Below are positions 29,929-41,038 of a DNA stretch of 64,000 nt, one piece after another. Location of the stretch: assembly GCA_965277875.1 (NCBI GenBank), contig CBDIDV010000002.1:4578997-4642996 (forward strand), given 5' to 3'. A program made the translations under genes and the position numbers. The stretch's first letter is position 1, and the number at the start of each line of letters is the position of its first letter. The stretch is from Chthonomonadaceae bacterium. Lineage in GTDB: Bacteria; Armatimonadota; Chthonomonadetes; Chthonomonadales; Chthonomonadaceae. A model generated the notes under the pieces. That model saw only the letters and a program-made list of their open reading frames with translations, searched no databases and was not told the origin of the DNA.

Positions 29929-31044
29929 TCAGACCGCGTTCAGTTCGATTGTCGGCAGGGAACGGGTCGAGCGGCGTAACGCGCTGTTCTGCTCCGCGCC
30001 ATTTTGTTCTATTTCGCGGCGCAGTTGCCCGCAGGCAGCCGCGATGGCGTGACCGCGTGTCATGCGCTGTGTGGCGACCCGTCCCGCCCGTTCCAATTCC
30101 TCGCGAAAGCGGACGATACTTTCCCTTGTCGGACGCCCAAAGCCCTGCGATGTTTCCACGTAGTTGAACGGAATCAGGTTCACGTTACCGGGCAGTTTTT
30201 TGGAACGCAACAGTGCGCCCAATTCGCGGGCATGTTCCGGGCGGTCGTTGACGCCGCCGATAAGCAGATACTCGAATGTCAGGTCGCGATGCGTGTTTTT
30301 CACATACTCGGCGCAGGCGTCCATGATCTCGTCCAGCTTCCACTTGCGGGCCGTAGGAATCAGTGTGGCGCGCAGATCGTCGTTGGGCGCGTGTATCGAA
30401 AGCGCGAGCGTGACCGGCAGATCTTCGTGGGCAAGCTGCCGTATACCCGGCACGACCCCGACCGTGGAAATGGTCAGATTTCTTAGCGACACGCCGACTT
30501 CACTACCCAATACGCGCAGGCTCTTGACGACATTGTCATAGTTCCACAGCGGCTCGCCCATGCCCATATAGACTGCGTGCGAGATGCGCCGCGCGCTGTC
30601 GTTCTGCATCTTGACGAACTGCCCGACGATCTCGCCGACCGTCAGGTTGCGCGCCAGCCCGCCCTTTGCCGTGGCGCAGAACGTACACCCCGCCGCGCAC
30701 CCGATCTGCGTGGACAGGCACACCGACACGCGTTCGGGATAGGGCAGGTACACGCTTTCAATCGTCAGGCCGTCCGCCTGCTTCATCAAATACTTGGCTG
30801 TCTCATCGGGCGACACGTCTTTGTGCGCGATGTCCGGCAGGCCCACTGTGTACGTCTCGGCCAGCCGCTCCCGGAACGGACGCGGCAGATCGTTCATAGC
30901 GTCCAGGGTCTCGGCCCCGCGTTTATAAATCCATGCGCCAAGTTGCTTGCCCCGATACGCGGGCTGTCCCGCATTTTGCGCCACCGCGCCCAATTCTTCC
31001 GTTGTCAACCCAATCAAAGACTTCATAACTGATTCCAAATTCAT
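29929..31044 (-). CDS. rlmN: 23S rRNA (adenine2503-C2)-methyltransferase, radical SAM (RlmN/Cfr family)
   Basis: CLSTQIGCAAGCTFCAT radical-SAM cysteine cluster; full-length RlmN. Confidence 0.9.
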   Translation of the reverse strand: MNLESVMKSLIGLTTEELGAVAQNAGQPAYRGKQLGAWIYKRGAETLDAMNDLPRPFRERLAETYTVGLPDIAHKDVSPDETAKYLMKQADGLTIESVYLPYPERVSVCLSTQIGCAAGCTFCATAKGGLARNLTVGEIVGQFVKMQNDSARRISHAVYMGMGEPLWNYDNVVKSLRVLGSEVGVSLRNLTISTVGVVPGIRQLAHEDLPVTLALSIHAPNDDLRATLIPTARKWKLDEIMDACAEYVKNTHRDLTFEYLLIGGVNDRPEHARELGALLRSKKLPGNVNLIPFNYVETSQGFGRPTRESIVRFREELERAGRVATQRMTRGHAIAAACGQLRREIEQNGAEQNSALRRSTRSLPTIELNAV

Positions 31045-31045
31045 G

Positions 31046-31264
31046 TTTCACGCAAAGACGCCAAGACACAAAGAGAACAAGAAAAGTTATCCACAGATTA
31101 ACACAGATGTTTACAGATTACCATGCAAAAGGATAAAAGAACAACATCAGGCTGTTTGTGAAATCAACCTCCAGCTAGTTCTAAAATCCTGTCCATCCTG
31201 AAAATCTTGTTAATCCTGTCTAATTCTCTTGTCTTTCCTTTGTGCGGGGCGTCTTTGCGTGAAA
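31046..31264. repeat. MITE-like element (family R2, copy 2)
   Basis: Ends tttcacgcaaagacgcc / ggcgtctttgcgtgaaa. Same conserved core as copy 1 (ttatccacagattaacacagat...acagattac; aatcctgtccatcctgaaaatcttgttaatcctgtc). Abuts the rlmN start codon. Confidence 0.6.
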
Positions 31265-31274
31265 CCCTACTGTA

Positions 31275-32726
31275 TTATCTGCGCGGCGGTGTGGTCGTCG
31301 GGCGAACGGGCGGCTGCACGGGTGTGGGTGTGACCGGGCGCACGGGCAGAACGGGTTCAAAGTCCATTTCCGACGTGGGCAGGGCGCTGGTATCGCGCCG
31401 CGTGTTATTCCCGCCGTTGCCGTTCGCGTTGTTCTTGCCGCCGATGCCGTTGCCGCCCGTGACGACCTGCGCGGCCATCAGGGTCTGCACGACGCGCATC
31501 ACGTCGTCGCTGCCCGATGCCGCCGCGCTGTGTCCGCCTTCGCCGGTCGTGCCGAAGTTGACGAACTGGCCGTTGGCGAGGGCGTTAGCGACTTCGCGGG
31601 TCAGAGCGGGGGCCATTTCCAGGCGTCGCAGGTCAAGATACGCGCCGCCCGCCTCGGAAAGCGCCTGCGCCTTCATGCGGATGGCCTCGGACTCGGCCTC
31701 GGCGACCGCGCGGATACGCGCCGCCTGCGCCCGTCCTTCGGCTTCCTGCTGAATCACGTTCTGCTCGGCGTCCGCGCTGGCCTGCGTGATCTGGTTTGCG
31801 GCCAGTTCCGCCGAACGCTGCTCGCGCACGGCGGCCTGCTTTTCGGCCTCGGCGCGGGCGATGCTTGCGCCGTTCGAGGCGATCTGCATGTTCAGGGCGC
31901 GTTCCTGGTCGTTGACCTTCTGCTGCGCTTCCAGTTGCGCGATGCGCGACCGCTGCTCTTCCTGCGCCTGCACCACGTCCGCGCTGGCTTTGGCGCGCGC
32001 CGCCGACTCGCGCCGCCGCGCCTCGGCCACCTCGCTCAAAACCGCCTTAATGTTCAAACTGTTAAACGACAATCCCAAGTCCAGCAGTTCCCGCGAACAG
32101 GCGTCCTTGATGATGACGGCAAGCTCGTCGTCCTCGCCATGCGTCAGGCTTTCCGCGCCGCTGTTGGGAATGACAAGCGCGCCCGCCGCCCGCTGCGTCA
32201 CGATTTCTGCGCCCACGGGCGGCACGAGCAGGGCGCTGCCGGTCGGGGCCAGTGCCTGCGCGGGCCGCGCGTTGAACAACTGATCGTGCTTGAGCAGGTT
32301 GATGGCGCGGCGTCCCGCCGACGATAGCACATCGGTCAGCGTGGAAAGCTGATCGCCCGCAGGCTTGGAAAAGAACTTGTTAGCCGCCGTGTTGACCATC
32401 GCGTCGCTTTCGCCCACGCTGACGATGGCCGAGGCGCGTACCGTGACCTTGACGGGCGCGGGACGGCCATTCGAGTCCACGTCCGCCGTCTGGTCGGTAA
32501 TCTCGATGTCCACGTTGATGGCCTGCGCGGGAATGGCGCGCGACTGCGTGAACAGCGGCACGACAAACGCTTTGGTCGGGCCGCGAAAAATACGTAGTCC
32601 GCCCGCCTTCCACCAGTTGACAAGCAGAATCTGTCCCGCGTCCACGCTCCGTAGAAACGTGGTCACGATGATCGTTGTAAAAACCAACAGGCCGATAATG
32701 GTAGCGGCCAAAACCACGAGTGCCAT
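31275..32726 (-). CDS. SPFH/band-7 flotillin-like protein
   Basis: N-terminal TM segment, SPFH domain, and a long EA-rich coiled coil (flotillin repeats). GAGGAGA ribosome-binding site. Confidence 0.85.
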   Translation of the reverse strand: MALVVLAATIIGLLVFTTIIVTTFLRSVDAGQILLVNWWKAGGLRIFRGPTKAFVVPLFTQSRAIPAQAINVDIEITDQTADVDSNGRPAPVKVTVRASAIVSVGESDAMVNTAANKFFSKPAGDQLSTLTDVLSSAGRRAINLLKHDQLFNARPAQALAPTGSALLVPPVGAEIVTQRAAGALVIPNSGAESLTHGEDDELAVIIKDACSRELLDLGLSFNSLNIKAVLSEVAEARRRESAARAKASADVVQAQEEQRSRIAQLEAQQKVNDQERALNMQIASNGASIARAEAEKQAAVREQRSAELAANQITQASADAEQNVIQQEAEGRAQAARIRAVAEAESEAIRMKAQALSEAGGAYLDLRRLEMAPALTREVANALANGQFVNFGTTGEGGHSAAASGSDDVMRVVQTLMAAQVVTGGNGIGGKNNANGNGGNNTRRDTSALPTSEMDFEPVLPVRPVTPTPVQPPVRPTTTPPRR

Positions 32727-32774
32727 AAATCTCTCCTCAACAGCGGCACACAGTTAAAACCTTTGAAAACTTTG

Positions 32775-32935
32775 TCTCACGCAGAGACAAAGCACAAATA
32801 CTATCCACAGATTACGCAGATGACACACATTAAGGACGGTGAACAGTCGAGTCGGCTACCACATCAATCCTGTACATCCTGAGAAATCCTGTTAATCCTG
32901 TCCATTTCCCCTGCGCCTCTGCGTGGGGCGTGAGA
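32775..32935. repeat. MITE-like element (family R2, copy 3) inside the nfeD-flotillin operon
   Basis: Ends tctcacgcagagacaaagc / gcctctgcgtggggcgtgaga. Conserved core ctatccacagattacgcagat; aatcctgtacatcctgagaaatcctgttaatcctgtc. Confidence 0.6.
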
Positions 32936-33622
32936 TCATCCTATCGAAACTTGTAGGTGTTCACCGTCGGGGTCTACTTCTTCGACGCGCATCTTATCGC
33001 CGACGCGCACCGGCATCATCGCCTGGGCGGGCGGCAGGATCGCGCTGAACTGCACCTCGCGCCCGTCACGTACCACGCGCACAATACCCTTGCCGTTGCG
33101 GAACGGCGTCACGGCATGAGCCTCGGCCATCACAAGATGCTCGACCGGCGTGCTGGGCGTTCCCTGAAAGCCCATCAGAAAATTCCATAGCGGTGTAAGC
33201 GCCAGTCGTTCCAGCAGCACGGCGGGCAGCAGGGCTGCGACGTAGGCGAGGGCAAGCGGCGTATGGAACGCTTCAACAAGCGCGTAGCCGAATGCGCCAT
33301 ACGCAGCCAGGATGCTGAACACAATTCGCGGTGAGGGCAGCCAGCGCGATACTCCGGCTCCATTGCCGGGTGCGGCTGCGCCGGCCTGCGCGCCATTAGA
33401 GGCAGGCACGTTCGCCCCGCCCTTGGGCAGAAGCGAGGCGCCGTGCGCGTGGGAAAGCGCGGCCTGCGCCCCGCCCGGAAGATGCCCGTGGACGCCCATG
33501 CCGTGGCTGTGCCGCCCGAACGCGGGTATCGCCATCAACGCCATGCCGAACATGCCGGCAATCATCAGCACAAGAAACAGCGTCATCACGCCCTCCCTCG
33601 CCGCTTTGCGAGCCTCCGTCAA
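32936..33622 (-). CDS. NfeD-like membrane protein (partner of SPFH/flotillin), start at 33622 (TTG) or 33586 (ATG)
   Basis: N-terminal TM helices. C-terminal OB-fold segment KGIVRVVRDGREVQFSAIL...GDKMRVEEVD typical of NfeD. Directly upstream of the flotillin gene. Confidence 0.65.
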   Translation of the reverse strand: MTEARKAAREGVMTLFLVLMIAGMFGMALMAIPAFGRHSHGMGVHGHLPGGAQAALSHAHGASLLPKGGANVPASNGAQAGAAAPGNGAGVSRWLPSPRIVFSILAAYGAFGYALVEAFHTPLALAYVAALLPAVLLERLALTPLWNFLMGFQGTPSTPVEHLVMAEAHAVTPFRNGKGIVRVVRDGREVQFSAILPPAQAMMPVRVGDKMRVEEVDPDGEHLQVSIG

Positions 33623-33817
33623 ACCCGTACCACTTTACACCTATCTGTATCTTTATTATACATTGATTCGCTGCGCTTTGAGAGCCTGTGTTCCCGCTCG
33701 CTTTGCAGCATGTTTCGCATGTTGTCGTGAATGCTCAGGCAAAACATGAGCGATTTATGGCATAATACTATTGTAAACAACTTTGTAAACAACGGACGCT
33801 AAAAGGGGCTGAACATA

Positions 33818-34414
33818 ATGCCGATCAAACCGCCGCGCCGCTTCTCTCCTTTTACGAACACGCTGTACCATGCAGGTCTCGCCTGCACACTCGGCGCACT
33901 TCTTTTCGCTATCACCTTCCCGCTTTTTGAGGAGTATCTTCCGGGCCGCAATAGGGCTTACCTCCATGTATTGGAACAGCATTACAACCCGCATTTTGTC
34001 AAGCATCAGAAACGTGAACACAACCAATTTGTTTATGAGCGTCAGCCTTATCTGCTATACCTCTCCTGGTTCCCAACCGGCGATCCTGTCTGGGCGCGCG
34101 CCTGTACCGTAAGCGCAAAGGGCGCGACGAAACATGAGCGTATTGTTTGGAACAATGGAACCGGAGGAGGCGAGGGCGAATCCATTGACGACCCGCGTGA
34201 CCTGGAGACATTACAGCAGCTGTCCGCGCTGCCGTCCGGCCTGGAGTCTCCCAATGATGTGGCGTATGGCGGACTGCTGATTGTCACTTCCGCGCGACAG
34301 GGGCGGCGCGTCACGCGCTATTACGACCGCGCGCGCCTTCCCCCGACTGTGAACAGACTTGTTCAACTGCTCCATCTGGAACTGAACTCGCGCCTGGAAG
34401 TGAACTTGCGCTGA
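33818..34414 (+). CDS. hypothetical protein with N-terminal TM helix
   Basis: ORF with coding-like composition followed by a convergent terminator. No family recognised. Confidence 0.35.
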   Translation: MPIKPPRRFSPFTNTLYHAGLACTLGALLFAITFPLFEEYLPGRNRAYLHVLEQHYNPHFVKHQKREHNQFVYERQPYLLYLSWFPTGDPVWARACTVSAKGATKHERIVWNNGTGGGEGESIDDPRDLETLQQLSALPSGLESPNDVAYGGLLIVTSARQGRRVTRYYDRARLPPTVNRLVQLLHLELNSRLEVNLR

Positions 34415-34444
34415 GAAAGCCTTGTAATGGAGCGACACTGCACA

Positions 34445-34490
34445 ACGCGCCGCCGATTCCTGTGGAGGATTTCGGCGGCGCGTCTTTTAT
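34445..34490. terminator. bidirectional terminator hairpin
   Basis: acgcgccgccga...ttcggcggcgcgt stem followed by cttttat, between convergent genes. Confidence 0.55.
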
Positions 34491-34555
34491 GCTGTTACGC
34501 TCTTTTTGTTCTTCTTTCGTTTGGTTCGCGTGTTTTGCGGTTTGACTTCCCCGCG

Positions 34556-36406
34556 TTACTTCTTGAGCGCTTTCACGGCCTCGACGATGTGTTTGGCGCT
34601 GATGCCCGCCGCGTCAATGAGTTCTTCGGGTTTGCCGGATCCGGGCATGTCGCGCACGCCGATGCGCGTGACGCTGGGCGCGGGCTGGCCGTTGAACACT
34701 TCCAGAACCGCGTCGCCCATGCCGCCCTGCGGCCAGTGGTCCTCGACGACGATAAGCTGATCCTGGCACTCATGCGCGGCCTTTTCTATCGTTGCGGCGT
34801 CAATCGGCTTCACGGTGTACAGGTCAATCACGCGGATGTGGATGCCCTCGGCCTGCAATAGATCGTATGCTTTCAGCGTTTCATGCAGCGTGATGCCCGC
34901 CGCGATCACAGCCGCCACGTCGCTGTCGGACGATTTCAGCGTCTTGCTGCCGCCAATCGGGAAACTTTCGTCGGGGCCGTACAGTACGGGCAGTTTTTCG
35001 CGCGTCGTCCGCATGTAGTTGATGCCCTTGCGTCCGGCCATCTGCGCGATCAGATGCACGGTCGTGGTGGGGCAGGACGGATACACGACGACGCTGTCAA
35101 ACACACAGCGCATGATGGCGAGGTCTTCCAGGGCCATCTGCGAGGGGCCGTCCTCGCCAATCGAAACGCCCGCATGCGAGCCGACAAGGTTGATGTTGGC
35201 GCGCGAGATCGCCGCCATACGGATCTGGTCGTAGGCGCGGGCGAAAAAGGCCGCGAACGTGGACGCGAACGGGATTTTGCCCAGCACCTGCATTCCGACC
35301 GCCGCGCTCACAAGCTGCTGTTCGGCGATGTACACTTCCAAAAAGCGATCCGGGTACACCTTCTTGAACTTGTCGGCGAATGTGCTGTTGCTGACCTCGC
35401 CGTCCATGACCGCGACATTGGGATTGGCCGCACCCAGGGCGACAAGCGCGTCGCCATACGCCTCGCGGGTAGCGACTTTCGTACCCATCGCATACTGCGG
35501 CGGCACGAACTTCGCCATGTCGGGCAGCTTGGTCGGGTTGCCTTCGCGGGGCGGCTTCACCTTGATGATGATGTCGCCTTTGGGGTTGCCCAATTCGGCA
35601 AGCGCGCGGGCCTCGTCCGCCTGCGGGATGGCCTTGCCGTGATAGCCCTCGATGTCGGACGTAAAAGAAACGCCCGCGCCCTTCATGGTCTTGGCGATGA
35701 TACAGGTGGGCTTAAACGACTCTTCTGCCTCTTCGAGCGCGTCGGCGCACTCCTGCACATTATGGCCGTCAATCACAATCGCGTGCCAGCCGAAGCTCTC
35801 CATGCGCGCCTTGTAGACCTCAGTATGCCACTGCACCATTGTCGGCCCGCGCTGTCCAAGCCTATTGTCGTCAATGATGGCGACCAGGTTGTTGAGGTTA
35901 TAAAAGCCGGCCAGTTCCAGGGCTTCGTAGTTGCTGCCCTCGGCCATTTCGCTGTCGCCCAACAGCACCCACACCTTCATGTTGTCGTGCAGCAGGTTCT
36001 TGGCGGCCCAGGCCATGCCCACGCCTGCCGGCAGGCCCTGACCGAGCGAGCCGGTCGCCAGATCCACATACGGCAGGCCGCTGGGTTCGGGAACCGGGTG
36101 GCCTTCGATGCGGCTGCCGAACTTGCGGAGGGTCAGCATCTCCGCATCGGTAATCGCGCCCGCCGCCTTGAACATGGAATACAGCAGGGGCGCGGCGTGG
36201 CCTTTCGACAAGATCAGGCGGTCGTTGCGCGGGCTGTGCGGGTCGTTAAAGTCGTAGTGCAGATGTTCGGACAGCAGCACGGCCATGATGTCGGCTGCCG
36301 ACATGCTGGACGTGGGGTGTCCGCTGCCCGCCGTCGTGGTGCTGCGGATGCTGTCGGAGCGCAACTGCGCGGCCAGGGCTTTCCATTCTTCGGGATTGTT
36401 TGCCAT
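34556..36406 (-). CDS. tkt: transketolase (616 aa)
   Basis: TPP-binding GSGHPTSSMSAADIM and GDSEMAEGSNYEA motifs, a pyrimidine-binding domain and a C-terminal domain. Confidence 0.9.
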   Translation of the reverse strand: MANNPEEWKALAAQLRSDSIRSTTTAGSGHPTSSMSAADIMAVLLSEHLHYDFNDPHSPRNDRLILSKGHAAPLLYSMFKAAGAITDAEMLTLRKFGSRIEGHPVPEPSGLPYVDLATGSLGQGLPAGVGMAWAAKNLLHDNMKVWVLLGDSEMAEGSNYEALELAGFYNLNNLVAIIDDNRLGQRGPTMVQWHTEVYKARMESFGWHAIVIDGHNVQECADALEEAEESFKPTCIIAKTMKGAGVSFTSDIEGYHGKAIPQADEARALAELGNPKGDIIIKVKPPREGNPTKLPDMAKFVPPQYAMGTKVATREAYGDALVALGAANPNVAVMDGEVSNSTFADKFKKVYPDRFLEVYIAEQQLVSAAVGMQVLGKIPFASTFAAFFARAYDQIRMAAISRANINLVGSHAGVSIGEDGPSQMALEDLAIMRCVFDSVVVYPSCPTTTVHLIAQMAGRKGINYMRTTREKLPVLYGPDESFPIGGSKTLKSSDSDVAAVIAAGITLHETLKAYDLLQAEGIHIRVIDLYTVKPIDAATIEKAAHECQDQLIVVEDHWPQGGMGDAVLEVFNGQPAPSVTRIGVRDMPGSGKPEELIDAAGISAKHIVEAVKALKK

Positions 36407-36925
36407 GTCGAAATAAACTCCTCTTGGGTTCGGGGGTTGGTGTCGCCGTAATCGTTTACGTATATTCGCCGCCTATGGTCGCGTTGCCTGCCTGTTTTAC
36501 CTGCGTATAGTCAGTATTTTAGCCTGTTCTATGCAGCACGGAGGAGATTACGACGAGTCCTGTCCTTGTGCTTTGTGGAATGTTGCGCTTTGTTATGTTT
36601 CGTGGCACCATGGTTGGAAATGCAAAGGAAGTGAAAGACCGGAGTTTGAAGGGGGCGCAGACCTAATGCCACAAACACGCGAACATAAGTCGGAGGATCT
36701 GCCGCAATCCGACTTGAAGTTACTTGCGGCTTCTGACGTGTCTGTTGCTGATGAACATCCTATAGAGGCTGTACTGCCTGTCCCTGACACGCACCCCCTG
36801 GCGCACCTTGCCGGCAAGTACAACGAGGAGCCATTATGGGACGACTTCTTGCAGGCCATGCACGAAGTTCGCTGCCGCATGAACGCGCAGTAAGAGACTA
36901 CGGAGTAGACTGGTGTACGTAAGGA

Positions 36926-37351
36926 ATGTCAAACCGACCAATCTTCCGCTTTCAGGTCCGGCACTTTGCCGAAATCGGACAAATTACGCGTCAGGAGCGT
37001 AGCGTTGTTTGCAACAGCAATGGCCGCGATTTGCAAATCTTTTGTGCCGACGCGAAGACGAGCCACCCTAAGACGTTCGTAGACGGCAGCAGCCTTTTCA
37101 TCGTAATCTAAAATGGGAATGTGCCGAAACCTCTCCACATGACGGCGTAATCTTGCGAATGCCTCAATCTGCTTTGGAGACGTATTGGCGTACGCAGCAT
37201 AGGCTAGCCATCCGCGCATCTGCTCCTCGTAAGTGACGATAGTAACGAAAGCCTCTTCCTCCGGCAAAGCGGCGAGACGCCTTCCGAGGTTGAAAGCCTC
37301 GATAGTATCCAAATCCAATATGCTGAGATGGTCTGTATCCAAGACGTACAT
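36926..37351 (-). CDS. vapC: PIN-domain toxin VapC
   Basis: MYVLDTDHLSIL ... TKDLQIAAIAVANNATLLTRNLSDF match the PIN acidic residues and fold pattern. Confidence 0.8.
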
Positions 37352-37569
37352 CAGGAAGCAGGCTCCTCATCGTACTCCATACGTTGCGCCTCCCGCCACT
37401 CCCGCCCTAGCTGCATGGCCTCAATATAAGCCGGATCGTTTTTGAACGTCCCGCGTATCTCTTCCCACCAGGGCTTCTTCGCAGGCGCAGTCAAAGCGCG
37501 TCCCCGTTTCAACGCTTCCACTTCCGCTTCCAATCGCGTCAGCCGTTCTTCCAGTTCTGTGACTGCCAT
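37351..37569 (-). CDS. VapB-like antitoxin (72 aa), overlaps the vapC start
   Basis: Small coiled-coil protein immediately upstream with a 1-nt overlap. Pairs with the PIN toxin. Confidence 0.5.
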   Translation of the reverse strand: MAVTELEERLTRLEAEVEALKRGRALTAPAKKPWWEEIRGTFKNDPAYIEAMQLGREWREAQRMEYDEEPAS

Positions 37570-37697
37570 TTGAATACACTCCTCACTGCGCTCTTGATAA
37601 TAGCCTGATTGTACCTCAACTTCTCCTCTCTCTCACGTCCGCCTTTCTAGCTGTCGGACGGCCTATGCGCCTGTAATTGCGTATGTTGAGCGTGGGT

Positions 37698-37880
37698 TAT
37701 CCGGCATATAAAATGCCGGATACTAGGCCTGCGGCCAACTGTCCTGTTTGTTAAGGGTCGTGTGTAAGCAGCGACATTGGATGTTCAGTCCGCTTAACCC
37801 ACAACGTAAATTCATTCCCATTTTGTGTTCCTCGTCCGGTTGGCCGCAGGCCTAATATCCGGCATTTTATATGCCGGATA
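37698..37880. repeat. long inverted repeat (two ~42-bp arms) containing near-palindromic tatccggcatataaaatgccggata boxes
   Basis: Left arm ttatccggcatataaaatgccggatactaggcctgcggccaac at 37698-37739. Its reverse complement at 37839-37880. ~100 bp spacer. Upstream of vapBC. Confidence 0.6.
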
Positions 37881-38336
37881 CGCGCCCGCCCCGGTTAGTT
37901 GCCGGACAGCACACGCCGCAAGCCGCCGACTGGCAGATGCAGTCGGCGGCTTGCCAGACAGGTTTCATCGAGTGCCGGCGCGTTCCTGCCCGCAGCGCAA
38001 AACGCAACCGGACAAAGCGCGGCGTAACGTCTGCTCATTTCACATCAAGCGCAGACCTGAACCGGCAGCGACCTTCGCGCTAACGAGACTGCTTGCGGCG
38101 ACGGCGCAGAAACACGCCGCCCGCGCAGAAAGCTGAGGTGAAGCATATACAGGGGATACAGGTCACATCAGGCTAAGTTTACTCTCGCCGAGTGATGTGC
38201 GCCTCGCAGGTGTACACCTCGCGGAGACAATTCGATAAGGCATTTGTATGTGCAGGAATGTTGATGTTTATGCTCAGAGATCGGAGGCAACGCAAGGTAG
38301 GTTGGGAGGATTTCCCAAACCTACCCTGCGCCAGCA

Positions 38337-40389
38337 TCAGGGGGTGGGGAAAGTATAGGAAGCGAGAACGGCTCCGGTGTGGGTGTCCACGACCGAGAGC
38401 AGCAACGTGCCGTCAAGCTGACTGGCAAGCAGGCGCGTGTTGTTGTCGCTGCCTGTACTCAGCGCCGTGTACGCCGCCCCCATCGGAGGCACATACGCCA
38501 CGCCCGTATCTACAGCGTCGGCGCTGATGTCTACGCTCCACACGCCCGTCAGTCCATCTATCCGGTTCCACAACACGCGGGCGCGCTTGTCCCCGCCCAC
38601 GCTCAGCGCGGTCGCCGTCCAACTGGCATCGGTGGGGTACGCGCGCGAGTAGCGGGGGGAGGCGCTCAGGCTGTCGAGCCGCCACAGGCTCATCAGCCCC
38701 CCCGGAGCCGTCCACAAGACGCTTGCGCGGTTGTCGCTGTCGAGAGCTATTGCCTGAGCGTTCCACGGCGCGCAGGGGCCATACGCCACGCCGTACACAG
38801 CGGCATTGGCCAGCACATTGACGTTCCACAGGCTCAGGTAGCCCGCAGGCGTGGTCCACAGCACGCGCGCCAGGTTGTCGCGGCCCACGGCAATGCCCTG
38901 TGCGTTCCAGGGTGTGCAGGGGCCATACGCGGAGGTATATACGTTGCTGCCATCCGTCTCGTCTATGTTCCACAATCCGATCTGACCCTGCGCGTTGCTC
39001 CACAGCAGGCGCGGCTTGTTGTCGGCTCCTACGCTCAGGCCGGTGGCTGTCCAGCCGACAAACGGGCCATACGCATAGCGGGTAAGAACGCTGCCGGTCG
39101 TGGTGTTGACGTTCCACACCTGAATGCTTCCATCGCTCTTGTTCCACAACACGCGCGTGTTGCCGTCCGGCCCTACCGCCTGCGCCTGCGCCTGCCACAC
39201 CGGACGTTCATACGCGCCAATGTCGCTGTGACTGCCCTGACGTGACGCGCCCCGCTGATCCGTCGTGGGCGCAACGGTGTCGTCGCCCGCGTCTATGGCC
39301 GGACTGCCTGCCAGCAGTGAGAGCGTAGGAGTTGCGCCGCCGGTGTATACTAGCGGGCCGAGCAGAGGGTTGGTGTTGTTTTTGCTCGTGGCGGACGTGA
39401 AGGCGCACGACGCGTCCGAGCAAAGGTTGTGTCCTCCGTCTACGATGCTACCGCCGCCATTCGCGCCTGATGTGCTGGCTGCGTTTCCTGCGACAATAGT
39501 GTTAGTCATGGTCAGTGTGCTTTGATTGGAGAAGCCTGAAATGTCGTTGTAAATTCCGCCTCCGCTACCTGCTCCTCCTGCCCCACTTGTTACAACGTTG
39601 TTGCCGAGCGTACAGTTGTTCATCGTATAGGAATGACTCAAAGCGTAGCTACAGTATACCGCACCGCCGCGCGCGTTGTTGTTACTGCCACCGTTCGCGC
39701 TGTTGCCGACGAAGGTGCAATTATTGATTGTGCCGTTGAGGGTGGAGAGCATCAGCGCGCCGCCATATGCGCCTGCGTTCGCGCCACCTGCAGCCTGGTT
39801 GTTAAGAAAGGCGCAGTTGGTAAATAGGCATGTCCCAGGAGAGGCAGCCCCCATACTACACTCCACGTACACCGCCCCGCCCTCGCCACTGGGACTGCTT
39901 CCATTCGACACGGCAGGGACAATAGCCTTATTGTTTGAAAAGGTGCTGTTAGTGATATTTATGGTGTAGGGACGGCTATAGCAACTGACCATTAACGCTC
40001 CCCCAAGTGCGGGTATAGCGTTCCCAGCAGCGGTAACGCTGTTATTGAGGAACCTGTTGTTTGTTATAGTCAAATTTGTATTTGAGGCGACAGAAAGTGC
40101 TCCGCCGTAACTAACCGCGCGATTACTCGTAAATGTGCAATCGGTGAGGGTCAGGATTGTTGAGGCATCTGCGCTAAGTGCTCCTCCACTATCAGTCGCA
40201 TAGCCGTTTGCCAGCGTCACATGCTTGATTGCAAGCGTGTAAGAAGAATTATCTCCTGCTGCGCTTGTATTGGAAATGTATAATATTTGCACGTTACCGC
40301 CGCCATCCAAAATGATGTTGTGACCAGTAGCGTCCAATGTCAAATTTGTAGTGCCGTCTCCCCTTGCGCCAAGTCCTACCCTTTTAGTG
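38337..40389 (-). pseudogene. C-terminal portion of a secreted beta-helix + six-bladed beta-propeller protein disrupted by an IS insertion
   Basis: Pmp-like GGA[ILV] right-handed beta-helix repeats, a CSDASCAF...DIGAYE module, then six ~44-aa repeats (RVLWNKSDGSIQVWNVN and similar). The frame runs open into the IS end at 40390 with no in-frame start of its own. Confidence 0.75.
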
Positions 40390-40399
40390 CTAGAGAGTG

Positions 40400-40615
40400 T
40401 TAGGCACTTTTGAGCAAGGGAGCGGCCTTCGCGAGCATCAGCACGGCAAAAGCGACAAAATGAAAGGCGGTGAGCGTCTCTTCGAGCCGTTCGTAGTCGC
40501 GTGCTAAACGTCGGAAGCGACTGGCCCAGGCAAAAGAACGCTCCACTACCCAGCGTCTGGGCAATAGCACAAAACCTTTCTTGGCTTCGGGCAACTTGAC
40601 GACTTCCAGTTGCAC
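40400..40615 (-). CDS. IS5-family DDE transposase, C-terminal fragment
   Basis: [49 protein letters not shown] matches the characteristic IS5/IS427 C-terminus. Confidence 0.75.
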   Translation of the reverse strand: MQLEVVKLPEAKKGFVLLPRRWVVERSFAWASRFRRLARDYERLEETLTAFHFVAFAVLMLAKAAPLLKSA

Positions 40616-40747
40616 TCCCTGTTCTTGGGCGGCGTGGCGGGCGTTAGGGCCGGTGTAGCCTTCATCTACATACTATAATGACCCCAAGAAACTGGACAAT
40701 GGTTTAAGGTGGTGGCTGTGTCAAAATAGAACACAGGAGAACCCATC

Positions 40748-41038
40748 ATGTCCACACTACGTAAACGCTATTCTGCCGAGTTCAAGGCCAAGTTGGCGCT
40801 CGAAGTGGTCAAAGGCAGCCGCACTCTCGCGGAGATCGCAAGCGAAGCGCAAGTGCATCCCAATCTGCTGATGCAGTGGAAGAAGCAACTGCTCGATAGC
40901 CTGCCCACCGTCTTTGCCGACAAGCGCGTCAAGGACGACAAAGACCAAGAAGAACTCACGGATCAACTCTACCAGCAGATCGGGCAGCTCAAGGTCGAAC
41001 TCGACTGGCTCAAAAAAAAATCAGGACGGCTCTCTTGA
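40748..41038 (+). CDS. IS3-family transposase OrfA (helix-turn-helix / leucine zipper)
   Basis: MSTLRKRYSAEFKAKLALEVVKGSRTLAEIASEAQVHPNLLMQWKKQ... is a classic IS3 OrfA. Ends just after the A9 run at 41014-41022. Confidence 0.85.
   Translation: MSTLRKRYSAEFKAKLALEVVKGSRTLAEIASEAQVHPNLLMQWKKQLLDSLPTVFADKRVKDDKDQEELTDQLYQQIGQLKVELDWLKKKSGRLS

Noticed and set aside
36531-36893. 120-aa plus-strand ORF (MQHGGDYDESCPCALWN...) upstream of vapC
   Set aside because: No ribosome-binding site for any candidate start, unusual Cys/Trp-rich N-terminus and no family match. Possibly a degraded gene remnant, and not confidently callable.
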